Shown one piece after another: positions 15,154 to 22,446 of a DNA stretch of 31,238 bases (positions are counted from its first letter, which is position 1; each line of letters begins with the position of its first letter). The notes under the pieces are model-generated. The model did no database searches. It saw nothing but the letters and a program-made list of their open reading frames with translations, and was not told where the DNA came from. The DNA comes from a virus (lineage: Duplodnaviria; Caudoviricetes). The translations under genes were made by a program, and so were the position numbers. The DNA lies in IMG/VR virus record IMGVR_UViG_3300034965_000022, positions 1 to 31,238 of that record. One strand, written 5' to 3'.

Positions 15154-16329
15154 TTATTCTTCCTCCTTGTAATAGTCATCGTCTGTCCACAATCCAGCCT
15201 TGATAAGGGTGTCGAGTATGTTGTCCCTCGTCATGGCTGTCACATATTTGTCTGGCATCTTTATGTTGTTGAAAAATATGCCGTTTTCCCTTCCCTCAAA
15301 ATGTTGCTGGTTTGAGCACCACCACTGTATCCATGATGGCAACACATTGGCGTTATCCATGATCTTTCGCACAGCCCTTCGGATGTTGATATCCTCAGAA
15401 TCCCAGTCGGGAACATATCGGTTAGTCCAGATGTTGGCCGCGTCCAGAGCCTTTATGCTGATCCTCCTGTCCTCCGCATCCATCCTCGACTGCGCGTTCT
15501 GTGAATCCCATGCCAACTGCTCATCCTTCATTTCCTTGATAAACCTATGCATGTTGGCCTTTGCAATAAGGATGCTCCTGTCAGTCTTCTCGGCTGTCCG
15601 CCAGTGGCACCAAGTGTCCCTGTATTTCCAGAACGACTGCAAGGTATCCATGGAAAACGAGGCGGCACGGAAGGCGTTTGGCACATGGTTCTTTCCGGGG
15701 AAGTTTTCGTCAAACCAACTGATGATGGTGTCCTCAAGCATCTGCCTGTTTTTCTGACTCAATGCTTTGGTTGTATCAGTTGCTTCTCCCTCATGTTCCA
15801 GAGAGTCGGTTGGTTCTGGCTCCAATGTGTCAGAAAATAATTCCTCGGAAGAATTAGTATTCTTTAATTTGTATTCTTCCTTAGTATTATTTATGTCGGT
15901 TTGGCGGGGGTTGCAATCCCTGTTTGGCGGGGGTTGCAATCCCTGTTTGGCGGGGATAGCGATAACCCTGTTTGGCGGGGTATTGTTTCTCTTCCTTCGG
16001 CAGTCATAATAGTCTGGAAGATCAATAATCTTGTCCCAGTGTGTAAGTGTGTAAGTATTCCATTTTGCCTTGCCTCCACGGGATGTAGATGGAACCTTGA
16101 TAACACCCCGTATTTTCATGCTTTTGATATTTTCCTCAACTGTAGATAACGCCAGTCCCAAGTCCTTGGCGATCGTGGACTGAGTGGGAAATGCTGATCC
16201 CTTGTCTCCAAAGCATCGTGCGGCAAGATAGATATAGATCATCATCTCCATGGCATCCATTTTCTTTGCTCCCAGACCAAACAAAAACTCATTTGGAATC
16301 TGGATAAAATTTGGCCCTGTTACTTTCAT
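15154..16329 (-). CDS. Replication initiator (N-terminal HTH_36-like winged helix)
   Basis: Start re-assigned to ATG 16329 (RBS AAGGAG). FIQIPNE..., IYIYLAARC....AFPTQSTIAKDLGLALSTVEENIKSM..RGVI...NTYTL. Iterons lie in the linker, as in lambda O-type genes. Confidence 0.85.
   Translation of the reverse strand: MKVTGPNFIQIPNEFLFGLGAKKMDAMEMMIYIYLAARCFGDKGSAFPTQSTIAKDLGLALSTVEENIKSMKIRGVIKVPSTSRGGKAKWNTYTLTHWDKIIDLPDYYDCRRKRNNTPPNRVIAIPAKQGLQPPPNRDCNPRQTDINNTKEEYKLKNTNSSEELFSDTLEPEPTDSLEHEGEATDTTKALSQKNRQMLEDTIISWFDENFPGKNHVPNAFRAASFSMDTLQSFWKYRDTWCHWRTAEKTDRSILIAKANMHRFIKEMKDEQLAWDSQNAQSRMDAEDRRISIKALDAANIWTNRYVPDWDSEDINIRRAVRKIMDNANVLPSWIQWWCSNQQHFEGRENGIFFNNIKMPDKYVTAMTRDNILDTLIKAGLWTDDDYYKEEE
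15832..15980. repeat. Replication origin: four iterons plus adjacent AT-rich tract
   Basis: GTTTGGCGGGG at 15899, 15922, 15945 and 15970 (spacing 23/23/25, three preceded by CCCT), next to AT-rich 15832-15895. Confidence 0.8.
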
Positions 16330-16351
16330 TTCTGTTCTCCTTTTGGAAAAT

Positions 16352-16453
16352 AAAAAAGTCGTAAACAAAAGAGAGGTGGCGGTCTCCCCTTTGCTCACGA
16401 CTAAAAAATTCTGTCTGACTGTTTTAGGTTTGTCTTTCCGCCACAGTCAGACA
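16352..16453 (-). promoter_or_regulatory. Two-hairpin structured leader upstream of the initiator (attenuator-like)
   Basis: 11-bp stem 16412-16422/16443-16453, then a long stem 16357-16402 followed by U-tract. GUGGCGG in the first hairpin is complementary to the CCGCCAC loop of the second. Confidence 0.6.
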
Positions 16454-16568
16454 AGCCTTTTTTACAATGTAGCGTCTTGATGTATCAAAAGAATGTTAGC
16501 AGGTTCTCCCTCATGTTCCGTCGAGTTCGGCGGATGTACTTAAATATGCCTAATGTGCCCTATGTGTT

Positions 16569-16808
16569 TCATTTATCTTGCATAAGGTTTGGCAATAGTG
16601 AAAGAATTCTGAAAATAAATTTTTCTTTTTCTACCTTGCGGAATGGCTTCAGGAATGCGGCCACCGCGCATGGATCAGTTTCCAAGAGGAGTTGTAGTTT
16701 GTTGGATAGTTTGGAAAGATACTTGACTGGTGTATAGCAGTGTATGTAGGTATCTGTGACTACGACAAAGAGTTTTTTGGATTCACAGACATACGCTTCA
16801 ACCTGCAT
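16569..16808 (-). CDS. Possible hypothetical protein (79 aa)
   Basis: ORF MQVEAYVCESKKLF... fills the gap after the terminator, but has no clear RBS. Confidence 0.4.
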   Translation of the reverse strand: MQVEAYVCESKKLFVVVTDTYIHCYTPVKYLSKLSNKLQLLLETDPCAVAAFLKPFRKVEKEKFIFRILSLLPNLMQDK

Positions 16809-16822
16809 ATATCTAACTATGC

Positions 16823-16932
16823 AAAAAGCCCACCACAAAAAGGGGATTGTGGTGGGCAGAGCCAAGGCACGGTGCTTATAGCGACTTGTGGCCGCACGGG
16901 CGGATTCCTTGCCCTCGCTACCTTGATCTCAT
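16823..16932 (-). ncRNA. Candidate ~110-nt structured RNA / attenuator ending in an intrinsic terminator
   Basis: Begins just after a sigma-70 promoter. Closing stem UCAAGGUA/UGCCUUGG with two internal hairpins, then GCCCACCACAA..UUGUGGUGGGC-UUUUU (16823-16857). Confidence 0.55.
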
Positions 16933-16936
16933 GTAT

Positions 16937-16965
16937 AGTATATCATCCTACCTACGCAAAAGCAA
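16937..16965 (-). promoter_or_regulatory. Sigma-70-type early promoter
   Basis: TTGCTT-N17-TATACT with extended -10 TG; same -35 hexamer as the 14702-14730 promoter. Confidence 0.78.
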
Positions 16966-17403
16966 GTAGGATTCAACCAAAATGACTGGAACCAATATGG
17001 ATATGCTAATGGTGCAAACCTTGTTCCAGTTTCTCGAAAGCGTCAATGATAATGACAAGCTTTGAAATTGCGTCATCTGTTGCTTCAGTAGCGACTCTTG
17101 CTGACTCAATAATGCCTTGTCGGACTCTATTTGCCTCGTCAAGCTTTCTATAATCCTCTCTTGCTCGGCTATTTTCTGATCTGAGGCCAGCAACGATGCC
17201 CGCAAGTCGTCCAACGTCTGCCTCTCGGTCAGCAACTGACTTTCCAAGAGCCCTATTTGTGTCTTCAAGGATAAGTTGTTTTGCTCTATAATCCTCAATT
17301 GTTCTCTGGCTTGGTCTGACAACGAGAAACCAGACTGCGACTGAGCAAAGAATGGCACCAAGAGCAACACCGATAAGAAAAATAAATTTTTTCTCCACAT
17401 CAT
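16948..17403 (-). CDS. Signal peptide + coiled coil + C-terminal TM protein (spanin-position partner)
   Basis: MMWRKNLFFLSVLLLVPFFAQS signal, Leu/Gln/Ser heptads, and C-terminal VCTISISILVPVILVESYLLLRR. ATGA-coupled to the holin. Confidence 0.65.
   Translation of the reverse strand: MMWRKNLFFLSVLLLVPFFAQSQSGFSLSDQAREQLRIIEQNNLSLKTQIGLLESQLLTERQTLDDLRASLLASDQKIAEQERIIESLTRQIESDKALLSQQESLLKQQMTQFQSLSLSLTLSRNWNKVCTISISILVPVILVESYLLLRR
17006..17398 (-). CDS. i-spanin-like protein (N-terminal TM + coiled coil), nested in another frame
   Basis: GTG 17398: (M)EKKFIFLIGVALGAILCSVAVWFLVVR followed by ~100 aa of Ala/Arg/Glu coiled coil. Located right after the holin. Confidence 0.65.
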   Translation of the reverse strand: MEKKFIFLIGVALGAILCSVAVWFLVVRPSQRTIEDYRAKQLILEDTNRALGKSVADREADVGRLAGIVAGLRSENSRAREDYRKLDEANRVRQGIIESARVATEATDDAISKLVIIIDAFEKLEQGLHH

Positions 17404-17603
17404 TTACCCAATGGCTTTTGGGTCTCACCCTTGAGGTGTTTCCAAAGCTCGCGTGAACCAATGAGTGTGGCCCATGCCAACGTAAATGTTATCTCAGATA
17501 GCTTACCCAAGAATAATCCAGCCGATGCCAGAACGGCAAACGCGCCCTTGATGCTCCACAGTTTGTATAGAAGGCTACCTATCCTCTCTATGATCTTATT
17601 CAT
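17400..17603 (-). CDS. Putative holin
   Basis: 67 aa with two hydrophobic segments and a basic C-terminus; follows the endolysin with ATGA overlap. Confidence 0.65.
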   Translation of the reverse strand: MNKIIERIGSLLYKLWSIKGAFAVLASAGLFLGKLSEITFTLAWATLIGSRELWKHLKGETQKPLGK

Positions 17604-18028
17604 GTCTTAGCCTCGTGGTGCGGGCTATCGGTTGACTTGAAATAGTAGCCAGCGACAAGTCCGCATTGTGTGGATATATCCGCTATCTGCTTCCAGACAG
17701 AATTTGGTGCTGTCCACCATACCTTGCCGGCCTTCTTTGGGGCTATATCCAACGCCAATCCCAACAGGTGCTTGGATTGTAGAGTCCATGTCACCTTGTC
17801 CTTGTTCTCTTCATCAGACAAGAGCCATAGCCCAGCAGATTTCCTGAGCCTATTGGTTGTCACCAGTGGCTCTCGCCCCTGTGCATAGTATGCCTCCTGA
17901 ACAGCCTTGTCACGAAGAGTCTCGTTTATCACATATTGTATCCCTGCGTCATCCAAAGCCTTCAGGAAAGCCCTTACGGTAACCTGAAAGTCTGGATTCA
18001 ACAGCCCTATATCAGAATGTAGTGGCAT
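17600..18028 (-). CDS. Endolysin, M15-family (L-Ala-D-Glu-type) zinc peptidase
   Basis: Start re-assigned to ATG 18028 (RBS AAGGAG). ETLR...Q..YYAQGR, SKHLLGLALD (SxHxxGxAxD) and DSPHHE. Confidence 0.9.
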   Translation of the reverse strand: MPLHSDIGLLNPDFQVTVRAFLKALDDAGIQYVINETLRDKAVQEAYYAQGREPLVTTNRLRKSAGLWLLSDEENKDKVTWTLQSKHLLGLALDIAPKKAGKVWWTAPNSVWKQIADISTQCGLVAGYYFKSTDSPHHEAKT

Positions 18029-18029
18029 A

Positions 18030-18293
18030 TTATCTCCTTGAGAATATATTTTTCCTCTTCCATTCGTACTCAAATGTCTTCTTGTCAACCACACAAATCT
18101 CTGGCGATATGATGAGGTACTGCTTCTTGTACAGATTGATATACTTTTCGCCCGTGAAGACAGACAGGATTATCTGGTCTTCATTGCTCTGGATGGTTAT
18201 GAAGTCGTACTTCATCTTCAGTATTGTGGCAGAGACAATTGATCCATCAAAATACTCGGCCATACATTTCTTTTTTCTTTCTATGAATTCCAT
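18030..18293 (-). CDS. Hypothetical protein (87 aa)
   Basis: ATG 18293 with RBS AAGGA; stop lies just before the endolysin start. Confidence 0.65.
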   Translation of the reverse strand: MEFIERKKKCMAEYFDGSIVSATILKMKYDFITIQSNEDQIILSVFTGEKYINLYKKQYLIISPEICVVDKKTFEYEWKRKNIFSRR

Positions 18294-18303
18294 TTGTTTG
18301 TCC

Positions 18304-18639
18304 TTATATAGTAGACTTCCACAGCCCAGACTCCAACACGAACAGTTCTGTGACTGTCTTCCATGCACCAGACTGTATTACGCTCACAGACGCTATGTCT
18401 TTCCATATTCCAGCTATGAGTATTTTTCCAAATGCTGACGCGGATGGCGAGTCTGATAGGATGAAGTCAACCGCTGTCCTTACAGCAGGTGTGAATGTAT
18501 CCAGAGAGAACATCATGAATGTTCTTACTATTGGTACATATGGTGATACAGCAAAATCCACCGCCGTCCTAGATGGAGGGGTAACAGCATTCAGAGACAG
18601 TGTTATTCCCGGATCATGGGTGTAGGGTGTATATACCAT
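18304..18639 (-). CDS. Small fibre-associated virion protein
   Basis: Two TPxxRTAVDF repeats and three GxWK repeats at the C-terminus. Confidence 0.6.
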   Translation of the reverse strand: MVYTPYTHDPGITLSLNAVTPPSRTAVDFAVSPYVPIVRTFMMFSLDTFTPAVRTAVDFILSDSPSASAFGKILIAGIWKDIASVSVIQSGAWKTVTELFVLESGLWKSTI

Positions 18640-19449
18640 TTATGCAACGTATGGTGCGCCAGCGGCGGTGTAATACGTTCCTCCCGTGTAGTTTTGTGCA
18701 TAGGCAAACGCGAACTTTCCATCTGGTATATCGTTCACCTGCCAAGTTCCACCAGCAGATGTGGTGACTGTAGCCCACAGATAGGCGTTTGTAAGCTGGA
18801 CATCATCTGCCACGAGCACGATCACCTTTGCTCCATCTACACCTGATCCTCCGCTTGTGACAGTTCCATTGATGGAATGCACGGCGATAGGCTCCTCCTG
18901 CCAGACTGCGTTGAAGAAATAATAGTCGGTTGGCTGTGCGGCTACAGCGGCAGAGATGGGTGATGTGATCATTTGGGCGATCATGGCCTCACCCGGAAAC
19001 AGCACAAAGTCCTGATAGACTGCCCTGTTTGGGATGATGTTTATGGCATGTGACAACGAAGCACCTATGGCCGTCTGAGCCCTAGTGTTTATTCCAGCAA
19101 ACATTCCTGTTCCGGGAAATGTAGCGTTCAATCCAGACGTTCCTGACATACTTGGCATCAATCCAGAATACAACTTGACACCAGAGTCTGATGTCTGTGA
19201 GGTCTGGAATGATCCCTTTGCGTATAGGCAGGTGTTGGCTATGCCCTGCACATTTGTGGCCCTGTAGGATACTGCCCTTGGGCTATACTGTGTCCTTGCA
19301 ACCAGATGATCATCAAAAAAATACGCTCGCCTGATGTACACCTTTACACGAGACTGTAGGCTGTTCTCAATGCAAAACATGTTCTGGTTTGTGAGTGAGT
19401 CACCATACATCATGTTGGTCGCAACTGTCCCCGTAAAAGTAATAGCCAT
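18640..19449 (-). CDS. Putative virion fibre/spike protein: paralogous beta domain + C-terminal Ig-like (carboxypeptidase-regulatory-like) domain
   Basis: N-terminal domain aligns by eye with 19452..19997. C-terminus has SINGTVT..G..VDGAKV......ATVTT...GTW.V..IPDG. Confidence 0.65.
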   Translation of the reverse strand: MAITFTGTVATNMMYGDSLTNQNMFCIENSLQSRVKVYIRRAYFFDDHLVARTQYSPRAVSYRATNVQGIANTCLYAKGSFQTSQTSDSGVKLYSGLMPSMSGTSGLNATFPGTGMFAGINTRAQTAIGASLSHAINIIPNRAVYQDFVLFPGEAMIAQMITSPISAAVAAQPTDYYFFNAVWQEEPIAVHSINGTVTSGGSGVDGAKVIVLVADDVQLTNAYLWATVTTSAGGTWQVNDIPDGKFAFAYAQNYTGGTYYTAAGAPYVA

Positions 19450-19451
19450 GG

Positions 19452-19997
19452 TTATACCTCTTCCCAAACCGCGTTGACAAAGTAGAAGTTGGTTGCAGGG
19501 TTGGATGTACCTGCGGCGGCTACGATATGCACCACCAGAGACTCGTTTGCGGCGAGGGTAAATGAAGCCAAAGCAGGATCAGCCACGAGCATAGGAAGAA
19601 GGTCCAAGTCTATGGCTGATACAACTCCAACTGCCGTATGGAGCCTCAAGCCAAACTGTTGCCATATGGCAACTCCGGGGGTAGCAGTGATGGCGGCGTT
19701 GGTTCCATCTGCGGATGCTCCACCCCTGAATGTCACAGCGGCGTTGGAATCTGTGCTGGCAGTGGCAAAGTCGGATTTGGTCATGGCGAGTCCGCCCGTG
19801 GCCGCACCTGCAAAGCGAGAGCACTTGAACTGAGGCATGACAGCCGTCAATGCGGCAGTGGCGTCCATCTGGACAACCAGTCGCCTCATGACTACCGTTA
19901 CAGGCGATCCAGTAGCATTCTCAATGGTGAGAAGGTTCTGGGTGGTTGCGGCATTGCCCAACATCCTGAATGTAGTCGATAGATAAGTATTAGCCAT
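19452..19997 (-). CDS. Putative virion structural protein (beta-rich)
   Basis: 181 aa, Ala/Thr-rich, RBS AAGGAG, located in the late cluster. Confidence 0.65.
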   Translation of the reverse strand: MANTYLSTTFRMLGNAATTQNLLTIENATGSPVTVVMRRLVVQMDATAALTAVMPQFKCSRFAGAATGGLAMTKSDFATASTDSNAAVTFRGGASADGTNAAITATPGVAIWQQFGLRLHTAVGVVSAIDLDLLPMLVADPALASFTLAANESLVVHIVAAAGTSNPATNFYFVNAVWEEV

Positions 19998-20009
19998 TTT
20001 ATTTCTCCT

Positions 20010-20489
20010 TTAGGGTGTGTACTTGAAATATATACTGCCCTCGGTCATCCCTGTTGCAGTTGGTGGAGAACCAGTCCCATAAAACATGGGCAACTGTTCT
20101 GTCTTAGACAAGATATCGGCTACAGGGACAGACGATGCGTATTTGGCTGGAACCTTGATCTGATACACCAATGCTACAGGATATGCAGAAGGTGTCCCAC
20201 TAAGTGTATAGTTTCCACTAACATCAAAAGTGGTAGTAACCAGTACACCTGCTGAAGTAACCACTGGTTCATCGGTAGGAACACCGCCTTTAATTTCGAC
20301 AATGAGCGCATCAGCCGCCCCAAGATACCTGTCGAGGAGGATTGTCGCTCCTGTGTAAGCCGCAACTGTTCCGCTTGTACCGCTTGCAATGCTTTTCCAA
20401 ACTTCGTAGACATATTCTGTATCCTCCAATACTATTAGGCGAGGCTCTAAATTTGGTCCAGCAGAACCTGATCCTACCCATACGCTCAT
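20010..20489 (-). CDS. Putative fibre protein
   Basis: C-terminal YGTGSPP....TEGSIYFKY motif common at phage fibre joints. Confidence 0.6.
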   Translation of the reverse strand: MSVWVGSGSAGPNLEPRLIVLEDTEYVYEVWKSIASGTSGTVAAYTGATILLDRYLGAADALIVEIKGGVPTDEPVVTSAGVLVTTTFDVSGNYTLSGTPSAYPVALVYQIKVPAKYASSVPVADILSKTEQLPMFYGTGSPPTATGMTEGSIYFKYTP

Positions 20490-20851
20490 TATGGATTACC
20501 TCTCTGTGAACGCACACTCACGAAGGCATTGTTGCCAGCGAGAGCGGTCTTTACATTTATTCTCAGTGCGGATATAGGGCCTTTTGTTGAGTCCTGAGAT
20601 ATCGCACCACCTGTGATAGCTCCGTTGTCCCACTCCTTCCATCGAGCAGTTCCTGCCTCAACCTCAGCCTGTGTAGACACTGTTGCCTCTATGGATACAG
20701 AGGCTGTGCTCAACACGGCAAGCTGGACAGAAACCCTGTCAGAGTCGTATGGGACAATAATATAGTCAGACACGCCAGTGGAGCTTGTTGAGAAAATAAA
20801 ACTGCCCTCGAAGCACCTAAACCCATTTATCTGACTCATTGAAAATGGCAT
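20489..20851 (-). CDS. Putative head spike/decoration protein (small beta-sandwich)
   Basis: 120 aa with VSVQL...VSIEAT...W..W...ISALRINV pattern; preceded by the late motif. Confidence 0.55.
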   Translation of the reverse strand: MPFSMSQINGFRCFEGSFIFSTSSTGVSDYIIVPYDSDRVSVQLAVLSTASVSIEATVSTQAEVEAGTARWKEWDNGAITGGAISQDSTKGPISALRINVKTALAGNNAFVSVRSQRGNP

Positions 20852-20889
20852 ATAAACCTCACTTTATCCTTATTTTCTTACACACACAT

Positions 20890-20899
20890 ATATAGTTAC
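20890..20899 (-). promoter_or_regulatory. GTAACTATAT motif (putative late promoter)
   Basis: Exact copy overlapping the stop of the upstream gene, 39 nt before the next ATG. Confidence 0.68.
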
Positions 20900-21390
20900 T
20901 TTCCGAGTCCCGGAATCTGTAATCCCAATGCGATAGACAGGATGATAAGCAGGGTAGGTATGATCCACGCCAAGGCATTGTCCTTGACTTTCTGGACGAG
21001 CTTTTTGGCCCGTTCGGATTCAGCATGTTGCAGTTTCTCAATCTTCACATCATGCTCGTCGAGCCTCTTCTCTACCCGTATCTGCTTTTCAACAACAGTA
21101 TTCTCAAGATTTTTCACAGAGGTGTTCAGGATATCCATCTTTGTCAAGAATCTTTCATTGAGCTTGTCTTCCAAGTGTTTGTAGTCATCGGAGTTTTTCA
21201 AGTCTTCCACATCCCTGCACACCGTCTCTATCTTTATGGCGTATGTCTTTTCGAGCATAGTAACATATTCCCTCTGAGACTCCTTGAGTTCCTTTTTTAG
21301 TTCCGCGAAACGCTCATCGAACAATGCGATGATCGGTGTGAGATTTTCTGGTGTCATTTTTCTACGTTCCCCTTTGTATACATATGGCAT
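20896..21390 (-). CDS. Coiled-coil protein with C-terminal TM helix (XhlA-like architecture)
   Basis: Long heptad region followed by ALAWIIPTLLIILSIALGL. Confidence 0.65.
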   Translation of the reverse strand: MPYVYKGERRKMTPENLTPIIALFDERFAELKKELKESQREYVTMLEKTYAIKIETVCRDVEDLKNSDDYKHLEDKLNERFLTKMDILNTSVKNLENTVVEKQIRVEKRLDEHDVKIEKLQHAESERAKKLVQKVKDNALAWIIPTLLIILSIALGLQIPGLGK

Positions 21391-21399
21391 ATTGATCTC

Positions 21400-22446
21400 C
21401 TAATATGCTCCCGTTGCCGATCCTGTGTGTGTAGATGCAGTGATGGTGATGGGTGTAAGCCCTTGTGGGCCTGCACCTATCTGGTCGATGATGAATCCAA
21501 GATAGTAACAGTTGGTCACAGATAGGGTAATGACAAGATATCCATCGGCGGCGTAGTAACATCCGCAGGTATGTGATCCATATGTCCCTACGCTGATAGG
21601 AGCGGCTGGAGATGGCTGATAGACATACAATCCCAAAGATGCGTCGATGGCCTTAGATTCCCCATAACTGTATCCAAGAAAATGGAACATGAACATGCAT
21701 GTTCCCGTCTTATTGTAGTTGGTCTTCATGTGTATCCACTGGGTGGCCACATTGTCTGTGGTATTATACCTGAAAAATGCCTGTCGATATACCTGATCCT
21801 TTCCTACTATGGTTGGAAGAGGCAGTGAATAGTCTCCGCCATTCGTAATGGGAGCATATGTGCCCGATGCCACGTTATCGCTTGAGAGTGTTTTCGATGG
21901 AATATATTGTATTGTGAACTGGTTGAACTGGTCTCCGACAGCGTTGTAGAGTTGTCCCTGTTGGATATAAAATACTATATAGTCTCCCTTGTTCAATGTG
22001 ACAAGAGAATCTATACAACCCGTGTCATAGGTCGCGGACTCCCTGTATGCAGAGCCAAAATGGTTTGCTTGGGTGGGAGCATCGTTGTTTATTCCCACAA
22101 GTACCCTGCAAGATGCCACAGCCGTGATAAAAAATGGATTGAACGTAATCCTGTATTCTCCCGTCGCACCAACATAGAAACGCCTATTTGTTGCGTCATA
22201 GGTAATACCGCCATTGTTCACCCAGAAGGTGTCAAACGGAACCTTGGTGCCAACTGTCAAAGATGCGGAGCCAGTGGTTCCAATCTGTCCAGATATCATG
22301 GGGACTGGGCCACCATTGAGTTCTGTTGACGTAGGAATAGACTTAGACACTTCGTTTATCTTTTTCAATAGATCAAGATCAGCCTTCTGGATTTCTGTTG
22401 GTGAGGCTTCTTGGGCAAGAAGTGTGGAAGAGTATTTGTCTGCCAT
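21400..22446 (-). CDS. Tail fibre / receptor-binding protein with C1q-like domain
   Basis: KVPFD...NNGG..YD..N.RF.V..TGEY.ITF...VTLNKGDYI......F (C1q/TNF-like), followed by a second beta domain. Confidence 0.7.
   Translation of the reverse strand: MADKYSSTLLAQEASPTEIQKADLDLLKKINEVSKSIPTSTELNGGPVPMISGQIGTTGSASLTVGTKVPFDTFWVNNGGITYDATNRRFYVGATGEYRITFNPFFITAVASCRVLVGINNDAPTQANHFGSAYRESATYDTGCIDSLVTLNKGDYIVFYIQQGQLYNAVGDQFNQFTIQYIPSKTLSSDNVASGTYAPITNGGDYSLPLPTIVGKDQVYRQAFFRYNTTDNVATQWIHMKTNYNKTGTCMFMFHFLGYSYGESKAIDASLGLYVYQPSPAAPISVGTYGSHTCGCYYAADGYLVITLSVTNCYYLGFIIDQIGAGPQGLTPITITASTHTGSATGAY

Noticed and set aside
16858-16932. Possible tRNA or known riboswitch (e.g. c-di-GMP-I)
   Set aside because: No T-loop/D-loop consensus or cloverleaf, and no GNRA-tetraloop/receptor pattern. 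Kept only as an unclassified structured RNA.
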